Assembly (NCBI RefSeq): GCF_006345805.1
Contig: NC_043001.1
Coordinates: 89,590,001 to 89,654,000, forward strand
Length of the DNA: 64,000 nucleotides
Source: Octopus sinensis
Taxonomy: Eukaryota
Reading direction: 5' to 3'
Each line of letters starts with the position of its first letter. Position 1 is the first letter of the stretch. Below the pieces are notes generated by a model. That model saw only the letters and a program-made list of their open reading frames with translations. It was not told the origin of the DNA and ran no database searches. The position numbers and the translations under genes were made by a program. Positions 24,932-39,058 of the stretch are shown here, in pieces.

Positions 24932-25620
24932 ATGAAGGTATCCTATGCCAACTCTGCTAATTTAGAGCAGCTTATGCACTGCATAAACAATAGCAAAATG
25001 CGGCAAAGGTTCAATAACTCACCTACTGGATCTAGCGAACATTTGCATCTAAACACCAACCAAGGAGATGTAAACTGCATTGATAAACACCAACTACGAC
25101 CAATTTGTAATAGTAGAAATACTTATGATACAGCTAGCACGGTAACAACACCGGTAAATGGAGTTGGGACTGCCTTATATACAAATAAATACAATAAATG
25201 CTCATGCAGAGAAAAATCAAAATGTCCTTTGATGAATCTTTGTATGAGTACAAATCTTGTATATAAATGTACCATGCACACAAGAGGAGGGCCCTATGTT
25301 TACATTGGGCAGACGGCTGATTCATTTAAGAATTGCTATTGTAACAATGTTGCCAGCTTTAAGACAATCAATAAGAGATATTCAACATCTTTGGCAGATT
25401 TTGTATGGTGACTGAAGGAAGTTAAAACGAAGTACAACATTAAGGTATGCAAAACTATACAATATAATTTCCAGGAGATGCCGCCTTCTGCTCCGAGGAA
25501 TCCCTGTCTATTCTGTGGACCAACGAGAAGATAATTAATAAAATTTCTGAATAACTCGACATGTCTACATGCATATAAATGTACTTTCGCACAATGCATT
25601 GAGAATGAATTTTGAGTAAC
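24932..25620 (+). mobile_element. Penelope-like element, GIY-YIG endonuclease region (degraded)
   Basis: MKVSY...CSCREKSKCPLMNLC..NLVYKC...YVYIGQTADSFK...STSLADFVW*LKE, followed by frameshifted CxLC-like and CxH motifs. Confidence 0.85.
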
Positions 25621-26429
25621 TGTTAACTTAATTTACATTAAAGTATGGATGACTTAAGTTTACTTTCAACCCCTCCATTTTTATAAACACCAAGTAGATA
25701 ACTAACTCACTTTGTGATTGTGAGAGCATCAAACCTCATGTGTGCATATGCTCAAATATTTGCTGATGTATGAGCGAGTGGTATTTGAGCCATGAAGTTT
25801 ATACATCTATATACATCCATATCTGTTAAGGGTTATTTTTAATACTTTTCTCTCCAGCTTGCTTGTTCGTTTCTCTTTTTGCCATCTGTGATTTTATTTT
25901 TGATCTTCTATGTAAATGAAGATATTTCCTCCATCGGGCTGTGCTTCTCTCTACAAAATGGAAAGTTACATTGTGGAACAGTCATTTTAACAAGTTGTAT
26001 TTATTTATCATCCGACAAGATACATCTGCACCACCAGATGCTCTTGAACAAAAGATGCAGCCTAGTTCAGGAATCAAACTCACTACCTAAAGATTGTGAG
26101 CCTGATGCTCTAACCACTAAGCCATGTGCTTTCACACACACATGCTCACGGGTACACACGCACACAAACACACACACACACACACAACACACACACACAC
26201 ACACCACACACACACACTTTAATGTAGAGCAATGTAGATATAATAAGGAAGGAAACAAATCAGAGTGTATAGCTGCAGAGTGAAGGTTGATAATATACTG
26301 GAGAGATATTAATTTTGCTAATTGACAAAATGTGAATGTGTGTGTGTGTTAATGTGAAGTTTCAAGTAGAAATTGGTTGCTGTAGTGGAATTAAGGTATC
26401 AGTAGTTCTGATAGCAGTTTGTTGATCTG

Positions 26430-26945
26430 ATGTTGTTGTTGTTGTTGTTGTTATTGTTATGTTGCTATGGGTGAGAGGTGTGTTGTAGTTATATGTTGTA
26501 TTGATAATGCTGTTGTCATGGTGGTGGTGGTGATGGTGGTGGTGATGGTGGTGGGGATGGTGGTGGGGATGGGGGGTGATGGTGGAGGTGGTGGTGTGGT
26601 GGTGGTGATGATGGTGATGGTGCTGTCATAGAGGTGTTAGTGGTGTCAGTGGTGATGGTGATGGTGGTGGTGTTGGTGTTAGTGTTAATAGTAGGAGTGG
26701 TGTCATTGGCGATGCTGTTGTCATGGTGGTGTTGCAGTTGGTGTTGACAATGGTGTTGTCATGGTGGTGGTGATTTCGCTGTTGTGCTGCTGGTGGTGCT
26801 ACTAATATTTGTTTTTATGATGATAGTGTTGGAGATACTATTGTCATTGTGGTGGTGGTGGTGACAGTGCTGTTTATGCTGTTGTCATGGTGGTGTGTGT
26901 CGTATTTGTGTTGTTGTTGTTGTTGGTGGTGGTGGTAGTGATGTG
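26430..26945. repeat. (GTT)n/(GGT)n low-complexity tract
   Basis: Degenerate GGT/GAT/GTT triplet repeats. Confidence 0.85.
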
Positions 26946-27102
26946 GGTAGTTTTGATTTGTTGCAGCAGAGATGAGTCCAACATCCACTACCACCATTGT
27001 CATCCTCATCATCATTGTTGTCATCGTTGTCATCATCACCATGATGTTAGTCACACATGTGACTAACATGGTGGCGGTAATGGGGGATGAAAAAAAAAAA
27101 TA

Positions 27103-27520
27103 AGGCGGCGAGCTGGCAGAATTGTTAGCACGCTGGGCGAATTGCTTAGCGATATTTCGTCTGCTGTTATGTTCTGAGTTCAAATTCCGACGAGGTTGAC
27201 TTTGCCTTTCATCCTTTCGGGGTCGATAAATTGAGTACCAGTCGCGTACTGGGGTCAATCTAATCGACTTAATCCGTTTGTCTGTTCTTGTTTGTCCTCT
27301 CTGTGTTTAGCCCCTTGTGGGTAGTAAAGAAATAGGTATTTTGTCTGTCGCTACGTTCTGAGTTCAAATTCCACCGAGGCCGACTTTGCCCTTCATCCTT
27401 CTGGGGTCGATTAAATAAGTACCAGTTACACACTGGGGTCCATACAATCGACTTAATCTGTTTGTCTGTCCTTGTTTGTCCTCTCTGTGTTTAGCCCCTT
27501 GTGGGTAGTAAAGAAATAGG
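27103..27520 (+). mobile_element. SINE family B (tRNA-derived, Nin-domain-like core) with tandemly duplicated 3' part
   Basis: Head GGCGGCGAGCTGGCAGAATTGTTAGCACG and core GCCTTTCATCCTTTCGGGGTCGATAAATTGAGTACC. The ~190-bp body is present twice. Other copies near 17270-17450, 27890-28240, 49745-49920 and 63235-63451. Confidence 0.8.
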
Positions 27521-29189
27521 TAATGGGGGATGATGCAGAGTTGTGTGAAGCTGCAGTTGAAACCCTTTTGTTATCATCTTTCTCTTGAAATGCAATGCCT
27601 TTGTTTCAAATAACATTGAAAATAATGAAGGATCTAGTAAAATAACTGTCAATAGGGAGCTGGTGTAAGGCAGTGAATAGGCAGAATCCCTAGAGCACTG
27701 GATAAAATGGTTTACAGCAGAGGTTCCCAATTGCTGAGGCATGGACCAGTTCTGGGCCACAAAACATTTGGTACCAGACAACATAGAAAGAATGAATTTC
27801 AAAATTTTTATTTCAGGTTTGGTGATGCAAACAGGAAAAATAGACTTCAAAACATGAGCATTAATATATATCTTTTTTTAAAATTTATATTTAGCAGAAG
27901 CGTCTGTATTTATGCTTTGAGCTTAAATTTTGCCGAGGTCGACATTGCTTTCCATTCCTTCAGGCTTGATAAAATAATTACCGGTCAAGCAGTGGGGTCG
28001 ATGTTGTTGATTTACCCCAACCCCAACGAAAATTACTGGTCTTGTGCCAAAATATGAAACCAATATTTAGCAGAAGTGTCAGTCATTACATTCTGATTTC
28101 AAATTCCACTGAGGCTGACTTTGCCTTTCATCCTTTCAGAATCGATAAAATAAATACCTATGGAACATAGGTTGATTTAATTGACTAAGTCCCAACTTGG
28201 AACTTGCTGGCCTTGTGCCAAAATTTGAAATCAATATTTATCAGAAGCAACAGAGTGACTCAAGGGCCAAAAGTTTCCTGCATTAGCACTTATCAAATTC
28301 TTTTTGTTTTTACTTTATTAAATATTTCAGTCTGCTGAGTGTTTTTGCATCAGAAGCTCAGAAACATGGTGAGTGACCAAGACTAACATCCACAAGTTCC
28401 AGACATTTGGAATGGATCTTGCATACATAAAGCGGATTCGATCCACCATAGCCAAATTTAAATTAACACTGCAGCAGAACTTTTCCCACGGCGGAACAAT
28501 GGTTTTTCTCTGACAGCAGTTTTACATTTTCCAGATGCCTTTTGCTAGGCCGAAATAATGTCTTCACCACTTGATCCTTTCTAACCTCTTCTACTTCACC
28601 AAAAGCTAGAATAGAGATAACAAGACCACCAACTAAATCTATTGTTCACAATATTTCTATCCTTCTGGTTAATTATAAAAGCAAGAACACCTCAAGACAA
28701 AATTCAGTTGGTGATAATTCAACAAGTCCAGTCACATGGTGACGAATCAATGAGAACGAAGTCTGGCTGACCAGCTAGAACCTTGGTCAGAGGGAGAATG
28801 AAGTTTATTGTCAGCAACTGTGAGACAACACCCTACAACTCTCTCTAGCTCTAATTCTGTTCTCTTATGGCATCATTCTGTCACTATCTGTTGATTACTA
28901 CTCATTATTTGTACATGCCATACTATGCAAAGAAAGATTCTACTGCATCTAACTTTCTTTCGCATGCTTTTGGATTTATCATAACCTGCCTGTCAAGGCA
29001 AGGTATTGTAATGTATTGGTATGCTGCTATAATAACAAATTTTTATCGTTACAACTGCTGACTCCAACATTTCATAATATTGTTTACCAATGAATTTCTC
29101 CCTCTACAATTGGTGACCCTCGGCTTCAACTAAAAACTTTATCATTACAATTGGTGACCCTTGACTTCAACTAAAAGCTTTATCATTAC

Positions 29190-29566
29190 ACATTCACTAA
29201 CAGTTGTCTCAGAAACATCCTTAGCATCAGGTGGCCAGAGGGCATCTCAAATGAACAACTGTGGGGCAGGACAGGACAAGCCCCAATTGAGATATATATC
29301 AAGCAATGAAAATGGGGATAGATAGGCCACATGCTATGAAAGCCTGCACCAAATGTCACCAAGCAGGCCCTTGACTGGAACCCATAGGGGAAGCGAAAAG
29401 TGAGCCAACTAAAACAGTCTTGGTGCAGGAATGTTAACCCAGAGGTGAGGGCAGCCGGAATGACGTGGGCCGAGCTGAAGAGGATCCTATGTTCCCTGAG
29501 GAATCAAGCTGAAGAGGATCCTATGTTCCCTGAGGAATCAAGAGGCCTAAGAAGAAGAAGAAGAAG
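29190..29566 (+). mobile_element. RTE-clade LINE 3' fragment with (GAA)n tail
   Basis: FTNSCLRNILSIRWPEGISNEQLWGRTGQ...KWG*IGHML*K...KQALDWNP*GKRK...GMTWAELKR. A 34-bp tandem duplication at 29473-29541, then a GAA tail. Confidence 0.85.
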
Positions 29567-30630
29567 GTATTTCATATGTAATAGATATGTATTATATATG
29601 TAATAATTAAATTATATACCATGAATTTTATTGTGTTTTGTTATGTGCATGCCCTCCCAGTTGATGGTAAAGTTGTCTTGCTTGAAACTGGTTGGTGATG
29701 CAAATAAAGGTTGGGTATTGCAGCTTTATATATTTATTCTGGCTGTAATATGTTCTAAGTTTAAATCCTGCTGAGGTTGACTTTGCCATTTTTGCCCCCT
29801 AAGTTGTTAAAATAAAGTACCAGCCTAGTACTGAGGTTGATGGTAGTGACACATGCACATACCTAAAAATGACTGGCCTTTAGAAACAACTATTAAGCTA
29901 GTTTTTGAGACAAAGCATGGAATTTCGGTGAAAGATTTTAATTTAGATCATTTTAAAACAACAGTTTGTACCATAGAACCTGTCTCAAGTTGGGTTGGTT
30001 TCAAAAGAGTTTAAGAGCTACATCCCTCAGTTCAATCCCAATCCAACAGATCTATGATCAAAGAAAGACATTTTGTTTTCTATAATCATTATTATACATA
30101 ATGTGTCTAGATGTGGGATTACATAATCTGATGTATTGTACAGACTATGGAATGTGGTCCAACCCCTAGCTTTGCTGGCTCCTGTCAGGCAATCCAACCC
30201 ATGCCAGCATAATGGAAAACAGACATTAAAAGATAATGATGATACATACATACATATCTACATACATACATATATGTCTATTGGTGTGTGACCTGTTAGT
30301 TAGGCTGTTGCACTCATGATCACTATATTGGGGGTTCGATTCCTGATTGGGCAGTGCATTGTGTTCTTGAGCAAAACACTTTATTTCACATTGTTCCAAC
30401 CCCCCATTTTGATCAGAGGAAGAATATTGGCCTGCTCAACTAGCCAGTGGGGTGGTATCATTTGAAGTATAATGCAATGCAAAAGCACATTGTGATCAGT
30501 GATGTGTAACAACATCTGATAGCTTGGTCAGTCATGTGATCACATAATATACCTATATATACATACATATACATACATATGTACATACACATATACATAT
30601 GTACATACAAATACACACACATACACATAT

Positions 30631-31378
30631 GCATGGTTCAGTGGTTAGAATATTGGGCTCACTATCACTCTTTACTCTTTTACTCTTTTACTTGTTTCAA
30701 TCATTTGACTGCAGCCATGCTGGAGCACCGCCTTTAGTCGAGCAAATCGACCCCGGGACTTATTCTTTGTAAGCCCAGTACTTATTCTAACGGTCTCTTT
30801 TCCCGAACCGCTAAGTGACGGGGACATAAACACACCAGCATCGGTTGTCAAGCAATGCTAGGGGGACAAACACAGACACACAAACACACACACATACATA
30901 TATATATATACATATATACGACAGGCTTCTTTCAGTTTCCGTCTACCAAATCCACTCACAAGGCATTGGTCGGCCCGGGGCTATAGCAGAAGACACTTGC
31001 CCAAGATGCCACGCAGTGGGACTGAACCCAGAACCATGTGGTTGGTTAGCAAGCTACTTACCACACAGCCACTCCTGCGCCTCACAAAGTAGTGAGTTCA
31101 ATTCCTGGACTGGGCTGTGTGTTGTGTTTTGAGTAAGACACTTTATTTCACATTGCTCCAGTTCACTCATCTGTAGAAATGTGTTGTGATATCACTGGTG
31201 CCAAGTTGTATTGGCCTTTACCTTTCCCCTGGATAACATCGGTGGCATGGAGATGGGAAGCTGGTATGCATGGGCAACTGCTAGTCTTCCACAAACAACC
31301 TTGCTCGGTCTTGTGCCTAGGAGGGTAACTTTCCAGGTGCAATTCCATGGTTGTTTGTGACTGAAGGGGGTCTTTACT
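30631..31378 (+). mobile_element. SINE family D interrupted by a family A SINE
   Basis: Head TGGTTCAGTGGTTAG...CTCAC resumes at ~31081 as CTCACAAAGTAGTGAGTTCAATTCC. Confidence 0.65.
30667..31081 (-). mobile_element. SINE family A, full length, young copy
   Basis: Near-identical to 19429-19816 and 54103-54330, with a (GAGTAAAA)n tail. Confidence 0.85.
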
Positions 31379-31499
31379 CCTTATTCCTATGTGTGTGTGT
31401 ATGTATGTATGTATGTATGTATGTATGTATGTATGTATGTATGTATGTATGCATGTATGTTTGCATGTATGTTTGCATGTATGTTTGCATGTATGCATG

Positions 31500-31822
31500 C
31501 ACAGGGTGCAATGGGTAAATTGTTGCCATTTTATATTTTTAATTTCATACATACACATTGTTTTTGATTTTGTTGACTACGCAGTATAGTAGGGTCAGTT
31601 GGGCACCGTCTATGAGAAAAACAGCACCTTGACATGATACACTCTGCCCGAAATTTGGAAACATGATGTACTGCTTGGCATTTGTACCAGATTCTCCAAT
31701 ATGAACATTTCAGAGTGTTTGGGTGTCAGTCTGAGGACATGTACTGAGAGTAATAAAAATCAAGCATCCAGTCAACATCATGATGTTTGGAATGATCACT
31801 AGTGATGGTGACATTGTCATCA
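31500..31822 (+). mobile_element. Internally deleted Tc1/mariner-superfamily remnant
   Basis: Terminal CAGGGTG motif and transposase-like peptide KHPVNIMMFGMITSDGDIV. Confidence 0.55.
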
Positions 31823-32183
31823 TCGTTGTTGTCACCGTAGTTGTAGTTGTTGTCCTACTCGTCCTCCTCCTCATCATGGTTTTAATGTCAACATTTTCAT
31901 GCTTGCATGGGTCAGACAGAATTTATTGAAGCAGATGCCTATCCTGTCATCAGTTCTTACCTGCTTCCATGTAAGGTAATATTTCCCCATGGCTGGATAT
32001 GCCTTCATAGAAGATGAGAAATAAAAAGCACAGCTTGTACGAAAGTGATGTTTGTTGAATGATGTTAAAGCAAAGAGACAAAAATGTAGCTTTGTGGTAA
32101 GAAGCTTGCTTCCCAACCACATGGTTCTGGGTTTAGTCCCAATGCATGGCATTTTGGGCAAGTGTCTTTTACTATAATATGTG

Positions 32184-32351
<168 letters not shown>

Positions 32352-34262
32352 CACATAGACATGTATAGGAATACTTATATATGTATGTTTAAATGTAGGT
32401 GTCTTTTTGTATTGAATATATAAACATACATTTACACAAACTTATTAATTTATGCTACTAAACCCATTTGCACAAATCACATATACGCACAGTCACATGC
32501 ATGCACATACACGCACATGCACTCACACACACACACACAAACATACATGCATGCACACTCACACACACACACAAACACACACACACACACACATTCATTG
32601 AAATTTAAAATCTACTTAAATTAAGCAGTTGTTCCTTTTCAATTTGCCCCTCCTCTCCACTATCCACTCAAACACTAAATCCACCAAGATCACTGTCACC
32701 CTGATTATTATCATGAACTCCAGGACTACTCCACCACTTTCAATATCCCCACCAACTTCTCCACCATCATTGTCAACATTATCAGCTTCCTTCTTTGCCC
32801 TGTTCCCTCTACTTATTGTTTGTGGGATTATAGAAGTGTGACACAGAGGCTAGAGAACTGAATAATGATAGTAGTGACTGTTGTGGTGGTGGTGACAAGG
32901 ATGATGGTGATTGTGGTGATGGCCGTGGTAGTGGTGAGGATGTTGGTGGTGATGAGGATATTGGTATTGGGTGGGATGGTGATGATGGTGGCACTGGCAG
33001 CAGCAGCAGCAGTGGTGGTGACAGTGGTGGTGGTAGTGGTGTGACATTATAGTCAGGGAAGGATCTGTGTTGAAGTAGTGAAGTATATGAGATAGGTGAC
33101 AATTAGTTCAGTTATTGTTCAATTAACACCAATTAGGAAGTAAAGCATTTCACACTATGTCATTACACATCTTTACTGCTGACACCAACTGAAGAGCTTG
33201 GCAAATGCACTGTAGCAGCTTAAACCTGCAGTATATTACTGCACTTCAAATAGCCGAGAGCAATAACAACAACAACACAAATAACTGCACAAATGCAACA
33301 TTGTTGCTGATATTTCTTGCTTAAAATGTGTGCATCTGCACTTTGACAACTAAAATTAGACAGCTGCACCTTGGAATAATGGCAACAATGGGAAGACTTC
33401 TGTGATTCTTGCATCAATACTGTCTAAAGAATTATGGTGAATTCCTGGCACATTGACTTATATGAGTTCCTTCGGTGAGCACGGCAACAGAACATTTTCA
33501 ATGATGATGACAACACCAGCAACTACAAACAGAACTACAACAACAACAACAATAATTTAAACCTCACCTGTTTAATCATAATTTCAGTAAAAACAGCTCT
33601 TATAAGAAAATTTTTTTTTGCAAAACTGCATACTGAGTGGAAAAAACAGCAAATGTTTGCATTGTTATAACTTTAGCAGCAGCAGCAGCTGAAACAACAG
33701 CAGAAACAACAACAGCAGCAACATAAATCTCACCAGTTTAAATGAGTTTTATTAGAATCTGAGTAACAACATTTCTTATAAAAAAAATCCTGCAAAACTG
33801 CATATCAAATGGCAAAAAATAACAAATGGTTGCATTGTCTCAACATCATCAACAACAACAGCAACAAGAGATGTAGATGTACACAGACTTCGACTCCACA
33901 TCTTGAGTGATAAAAGCTGAAATCCAAAATATCTCTTAGTTAAAACCAAATGTTCTGCATCTTCAGTGACAAGTTCTTCTTTGTTGACAAACTTTGCGGT
34001 GAAAATGTCTCAAATGCAACTTGATCGGCAATAGTAAGAGTAGAGTACTGCCTCTGTCCTAAAGTCCTTGAGTATAATTAAGTATTTGATTGGCTACTTC
34101 TTCGTTTTGTTTTGTCAACCACCTTAAACTTGAGTGACAACAACTGCAACAGAAATTGCAACAGACCTACTGCAAACTTAGAGCAAACAAGGTAAATTGT
34201 TATTCCAAGTTCACATTCTTCGAAAAAGTATAACTTCTGTGTTTTTTTTTTTTGCATTGTGT

Positions 34263-34329
34263 CATAATAATAATAATAATAATGATAATAATAATAATAA
34301 TAATAATGATAATAATAATAATAATAATG

Positions 34330-34390
<61 letters not shown>

Positions 34391-34476
34391 TGATGATAAT
34401 AATAATAATGATAATAATAATAATAATGATAATAATACTACTACTACTACAAATAATAATAATAATAATGATAATA

Positions 34477-34513
<37 letters not shown>

Positions 34514-34515
34514 CA
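34263..34515. repeat. (AAT)n microsatellite with GAT interruptions
   Basis: Direct reading; source of the poly-I/N/L ORFs. Confidence 0.95.
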
Positions 34516-35247
34516 TCATCATCAACATCACTACCACAACTACCATGACCTTCTTCATCATCATCATTGTCATTGTCATCATCACCATTGTCATTACTAT
34601 CATTAACCCCCACCCACCAACCACCACAATCTTCATCATCATTAACACATCCACAACATGTGTGTCCCTGAGTGTGTGAGTGTATACATGCATGCACATA
34701 TACACACACTCACACTTAAGCATATATGTATACACAAAATGCCACTGCCACCATCTTCGCCATCTTCTCCACCACCACCACCACCACCACCACTATCATC
34801 ATGATCATTATTAAAACCACAACAGGTGTATGCCTGAGTGTGGTGTATACATATGCTCACACGCACACACACATGCACACACACATGTATATGTATATAC
34901 AAATGAGTGTTTTTTATACAAATATGTACATGTATTGAAATTTCAGTCTATTAACCTCAACTTTTCTGCTTCTATACACACTACATTTTGACATTTATAA
35001 TTTTTTCCTGTCTTTACATGTCATATCACTTTATTTGTATGCCTGTGTGTGTGTGTGTGTGATCATCATCATCATCATTGTTTAACATCCGCTTTCCATG
35101 CTGGCATGGGTTGGACAGTTTGAGTGAGAACTGGCAAGCAAGTTGGCTGCACCAGGTACCAATCTGATCTGGCAAGGTTTCTACCGCTGGATGCCCTTCC
35201 TAATGTCAACTACTCCAAGAGTGTAGTGGGTGCTTTTTACGTGTCTG

Positions 35248-35398
35248 GTTTCATGTTAAGAGAGATATATGCCTTGACAATAAACAAGCCTGTTGCATGG
35301 GACGGTGTTCACCTCCATCTTCAATGAGAGACAAACACCAGCTTCTCATGCAACAGAGTTAGTTATTGTTAAGACATATATCTCTCTTGACATGAAAC
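35248..35398. mobile_element. Small foldback (MITE-like) element
   Basis: GTTTCATGTTAAGAGAGATATATGCCTTGACAATAA...CTGTTGCATG is the imperfect inverse of CATGCAACAG...TTATTGTTAAGACATATATCTCTCTTGACATGAAAC. Confidence 0.65.
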
Positions 35399-35483
35399 TA
35401 CTGGTAGCCAGGTTAACCCATGAATAATGAATATTTATACATCAAGCAGTGTTGGGCACTAATCCTCACAGTATATGTGTGTA

Positions 35484-35537
<54 letters not shown>

Positions 35538-35985
35538 CACAGGTACACACACACACTTGGGAATCTTCTAATATCCAACTTCATGTGTGTGTGTGTGTAT
35601 GTCTGTGTGTGGGCATTTATATATATATATATATGTATATGTATATATGTATCTGTCCTTCTTTTGTCTCCAGTCTAACAGGACATTTTCATTTTCCTTT
35701 GCACTACCCCATGCCAGTCTGTCTTGCGGAAGCAGGGCTTTTTTTTGCTTTGTATGTATGTTTTATTTTGTCGTGTTTGTTTCCATCATTGTCCTGTACA
35801 TTCATTAACTATTCCCAGTGGCCTTTTGCCACTGGCGCTACCAAGAGTGAACAATATCAACATTAAAGGTGCAAAATTATAATGATCTTTTGGATATTGA
35901 CTGATGAGGAATAAGCTATGAATTTTCTGTTTGTTATGCTTTTCTAATATTTCCATTTGTTGCGATTCTGTTATAAATTTTTGAA

Positions 35986-36048
<63 letters not shown>

Positions 36049-36066
36049 ATGTATATATGCATATAT

Positions 36067-36108
<42 letters not shown>

Positions 36109-36247
36109 GTATATATGTATATACATATGTATATGTATATATACATACATATATATATGTATATATATATATATGTATGTGTGTGTATATATATATATAT
36201 ACATACACACTTATATATATGTATGTATATAACACATATATATTATA

Positions 36248-36548
36248 CTAGCAGTATCACCCGGCGTTGCTCGGGTTTGTAAGGGAAATAACTATATAAG
36301 CATTTTTAGAGAGTTACTTCCCTTATATAATAGCAAAAAAATGCATAAAAAATGGAAAAAAATGACGGTAAATTTTTTTTTTTAAATCGTAGACTCATTG
36401 TAGACGCATGCTAATACCCAGAAGGGTTCGATATGAATCACGACTATAAGATACCCGCTTTTGGTTAAACTGCACCGCAAAATGTGGGAGTAGTTAGGAA
36501 TCTAAATCGTAGGAGACAGACACACAACTTCACTTTTATATATAAAGA
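36248..36548 (-). mobile_element. Non-autonomous Helitron
   Basis: Minus strand begins A|TCTTTATATATAAAA and ends with the GC-rich hairpin CCCGAGCAACGCCGGG then CTAG|T. No TSD. Confidence 0.8.
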
Positions 36549-36576
36549 TATACAAACATACATCTTTCTTTCTCCC

Positions 36577-36609
<33 letters not shown>

Positions 36610-37489
36610 ATGTGTGTGTATATATATATAAATGCATCATACATAAAAATGCTCTCGTTCAACTGTGCCCGTGTGATTAAGTGTCTGTTTATGGAAGATT
36701 TGTCTGCTTTCTTTTAAGGCATCATTGTAGAGGCACCATTGTTAGTTTGTATGTAATTGTGGTTGTAGTAATATAGTTAGGGTCATGGTGATGGTTGTGG
36801 TAGTTGCAGTGGTGGTGGTGGTGGTAGTGATGTGTGGTGGTGGTGATGGTGGTGGTGGTGGTGATGGTGTCAGTGTCAATAAAAGCTTTCAGTATTTAGA
36901 AGATAATCTGAAATTAATTTTATCCGTAAGTACTTAAGTTAAGAAACAGTGATTATTTCAGTTAATTGTTTACCAGCAGGAGTGGGTTGTCATAGTGTTG
37001 GTCATGTTAGGTAGCTAATGGTAAGTAGTGGATGACAAATGACATCGGAGCTGGAAGCTGTTTTAAGGTTATCACACTGAATAATGACAGCTAACAGTGT
37101 AGAGTTTAGATGTAACTACTGTTGAAGTGAAGATGTAAGGTTCTCTTATAGGAGATACCAGTGAAGAAGAACACCAAGGAATACAGATTAATATTTACAG
37201 ATTTATTTGCCCACAGTTGTTAGTAAGACAGCAATAATTATAGATAGTTGACAGTGACAAAGCTTCGCCTGCTTGTTGGTAGTTGGTAGTGTATATGTTG
37301 TATTCTGCTGGTAGAGAGAGAAAGAGTAAGGATTGCATTCTGTAGACAGAGAGGAAGAAAGGATAAAGGTAGCATTGTCCCTTTCTGATTCTGGCTGAAA
37401 GCTGCTCTTTGTATGCCAACTGAAGAATGAAGAGAGGTGTTGCTCTTAGTTGGCTTTGCTTTCCATAATGGAGGTCTCTTGTCGATGTC

Positions 37490-38040
37490 AGTAAACATGA
37501 TCAACAGCTCCTGTATATCCACAATTTGATCTTTGGATGTAAATTCCTAATTGACACAGGAGCAGAAGTCAGTGTGATCCCAGAATTAGCAAGGAATCTC
37601 TGCTATGGAAAGCAAGGCCAACCTTCAATGGCCACCAATGGCTCCACAAGCAAGATATACAGTTGCTGCATTCTTTCACTTCACATCAGCTCATAAGCAT
37701 ACACATGGGCATTCACCATTGCTGATGTCCATCAGCCCATTATTGGAGCAGACTTTCTTCAGGCACATTCACTGCTGGTTGATCTTCATGGGAGAGGACT
37801 CGTCAACAGAAACACATATGCTTCCATTTCTCTTGCAGCATCTGCACATGCTGCCCACCACATAGCAAGTCTCTCAGACTGAGAACAAATTCTTGAATCT
37901 CCTTGTGAGCCACCTGAATCTCACTACCCTGACATTTTCCAAACATACAACCTACCACAGAGTGATGCATCACATCCTTACCAGTGGCCCACGCCACTGT
38001 GCACAGCCATGTGCATCGGCTATCACCAGACAAACTAGCT
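37490..38040 (+). mobile_element. Ty3/Gypsy pol remnant (aspartic protease and linker)
   Basis: LLYIH...KFLIDTGAEVSVIP, ATNGS, YTWAFTIADVHQPIIGADFLQAHSLLVDL and HRVMHHILTSGP, with stops and frameshifts. Confidence 0.8.
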
Positions 38041-38937
38041 ATGAAACATATGTGACCTGGATTTTATCTACTCCATTTCTTAATCTTTGGATGCTTAAGT
38101 GAAATCGAAATCGAAATCAAATTCGATGACTGGCATCCATGCTAGTGGGGCGATAAGAGTACCATACAAGTGAGATTGTTGCCAGAGCAACAAGCTGGCC
38201 TCCATGCCGATGGCATGTAAAAAGCACCATTCGAGTGTGATTGTTACTTGTATCACCTTACTGGCACTTGTGCTGGTGGCAAGGGAAAAAACATTCGAGC
38301 GAGGTCGTTGCCAGTGCCGCTGGACTGGCTTCTGTGCAGGTGGCACATAATAAGCCCCATTTGAGCATAGCCGTTGCCAGTACTACCTGACTGGCCCTCG
38401 TGCCAGTGGCACGTAAAAGCACCCACTACACTCAGGGAGTGGTTGGCATTAGGAAGGACATCCAGCTGTAGAAACTCTGCCAGATCAAATTGGAGTCTGG
38501 TGCAGCCATCTGGTTCGCCAGACCTCAGTCAAATCGTCCAACCCATGCTAACATGGAAAGTAGACTTTAAATGATGATGATGATGAACAACCTTGTTGCT
38601 AACCAAGAACTATGAAATTAACTTATTGCAGATTATCATACTTCGATACAGGAAAAATTTACAACTTTCTGCACCAATAAAGCACTATTGTTCCTGAAAG
38701 TTGTTTTTTATATCTTCTACAGATTGCTTGAAGCTTACTTACTTCCTACAACTAGGTCCTTACATCTTACCTTTACATGGCCCTCATGCTGGTGGCACAT
38801 AAAAAGTACCCACTAGACTCTCGTTATGAAGGGCATCCAGCTTTAGAAACCTTGCCAGCTCAGATTGGAGCCTGGTGCAGCCTTCTGGCTTGCCAGTCCT
38901 GTCAAACCCATGCCAGCATGGAAAGCAGATGTTAAAC

Positions 38938-39001
38938 GATGATGATGACGACGATGATGATGATGACGATGATGATGATTACGATGATGATGATGACGAT
39001 A

Positions 39002-39057
<56 letters not shown>

Positions 39058-39058
39058 A
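38938..39058. repeat. (GAT)n expanded SINE tail
   Basis: Directly follows the family C 3' end GTTAAAC. Confidence 0.9.

Noticed and set aside
25409-25411. In-frame TGA in the PLE endonuclease as possible selenocysteine (as reported for some Naiad PLEs)
   Set aside because: It is not at a Cys position of the motif (W*LK), is best explained by CGA>TGA decay, the copy is frameshifted downstream, and no SECIS was recognised.
29105-29541. Short direct repeats as a CRISPR array
   Set aside because: Eukaryotic context, only two contiguous copies each, no spacers and no cas genes.
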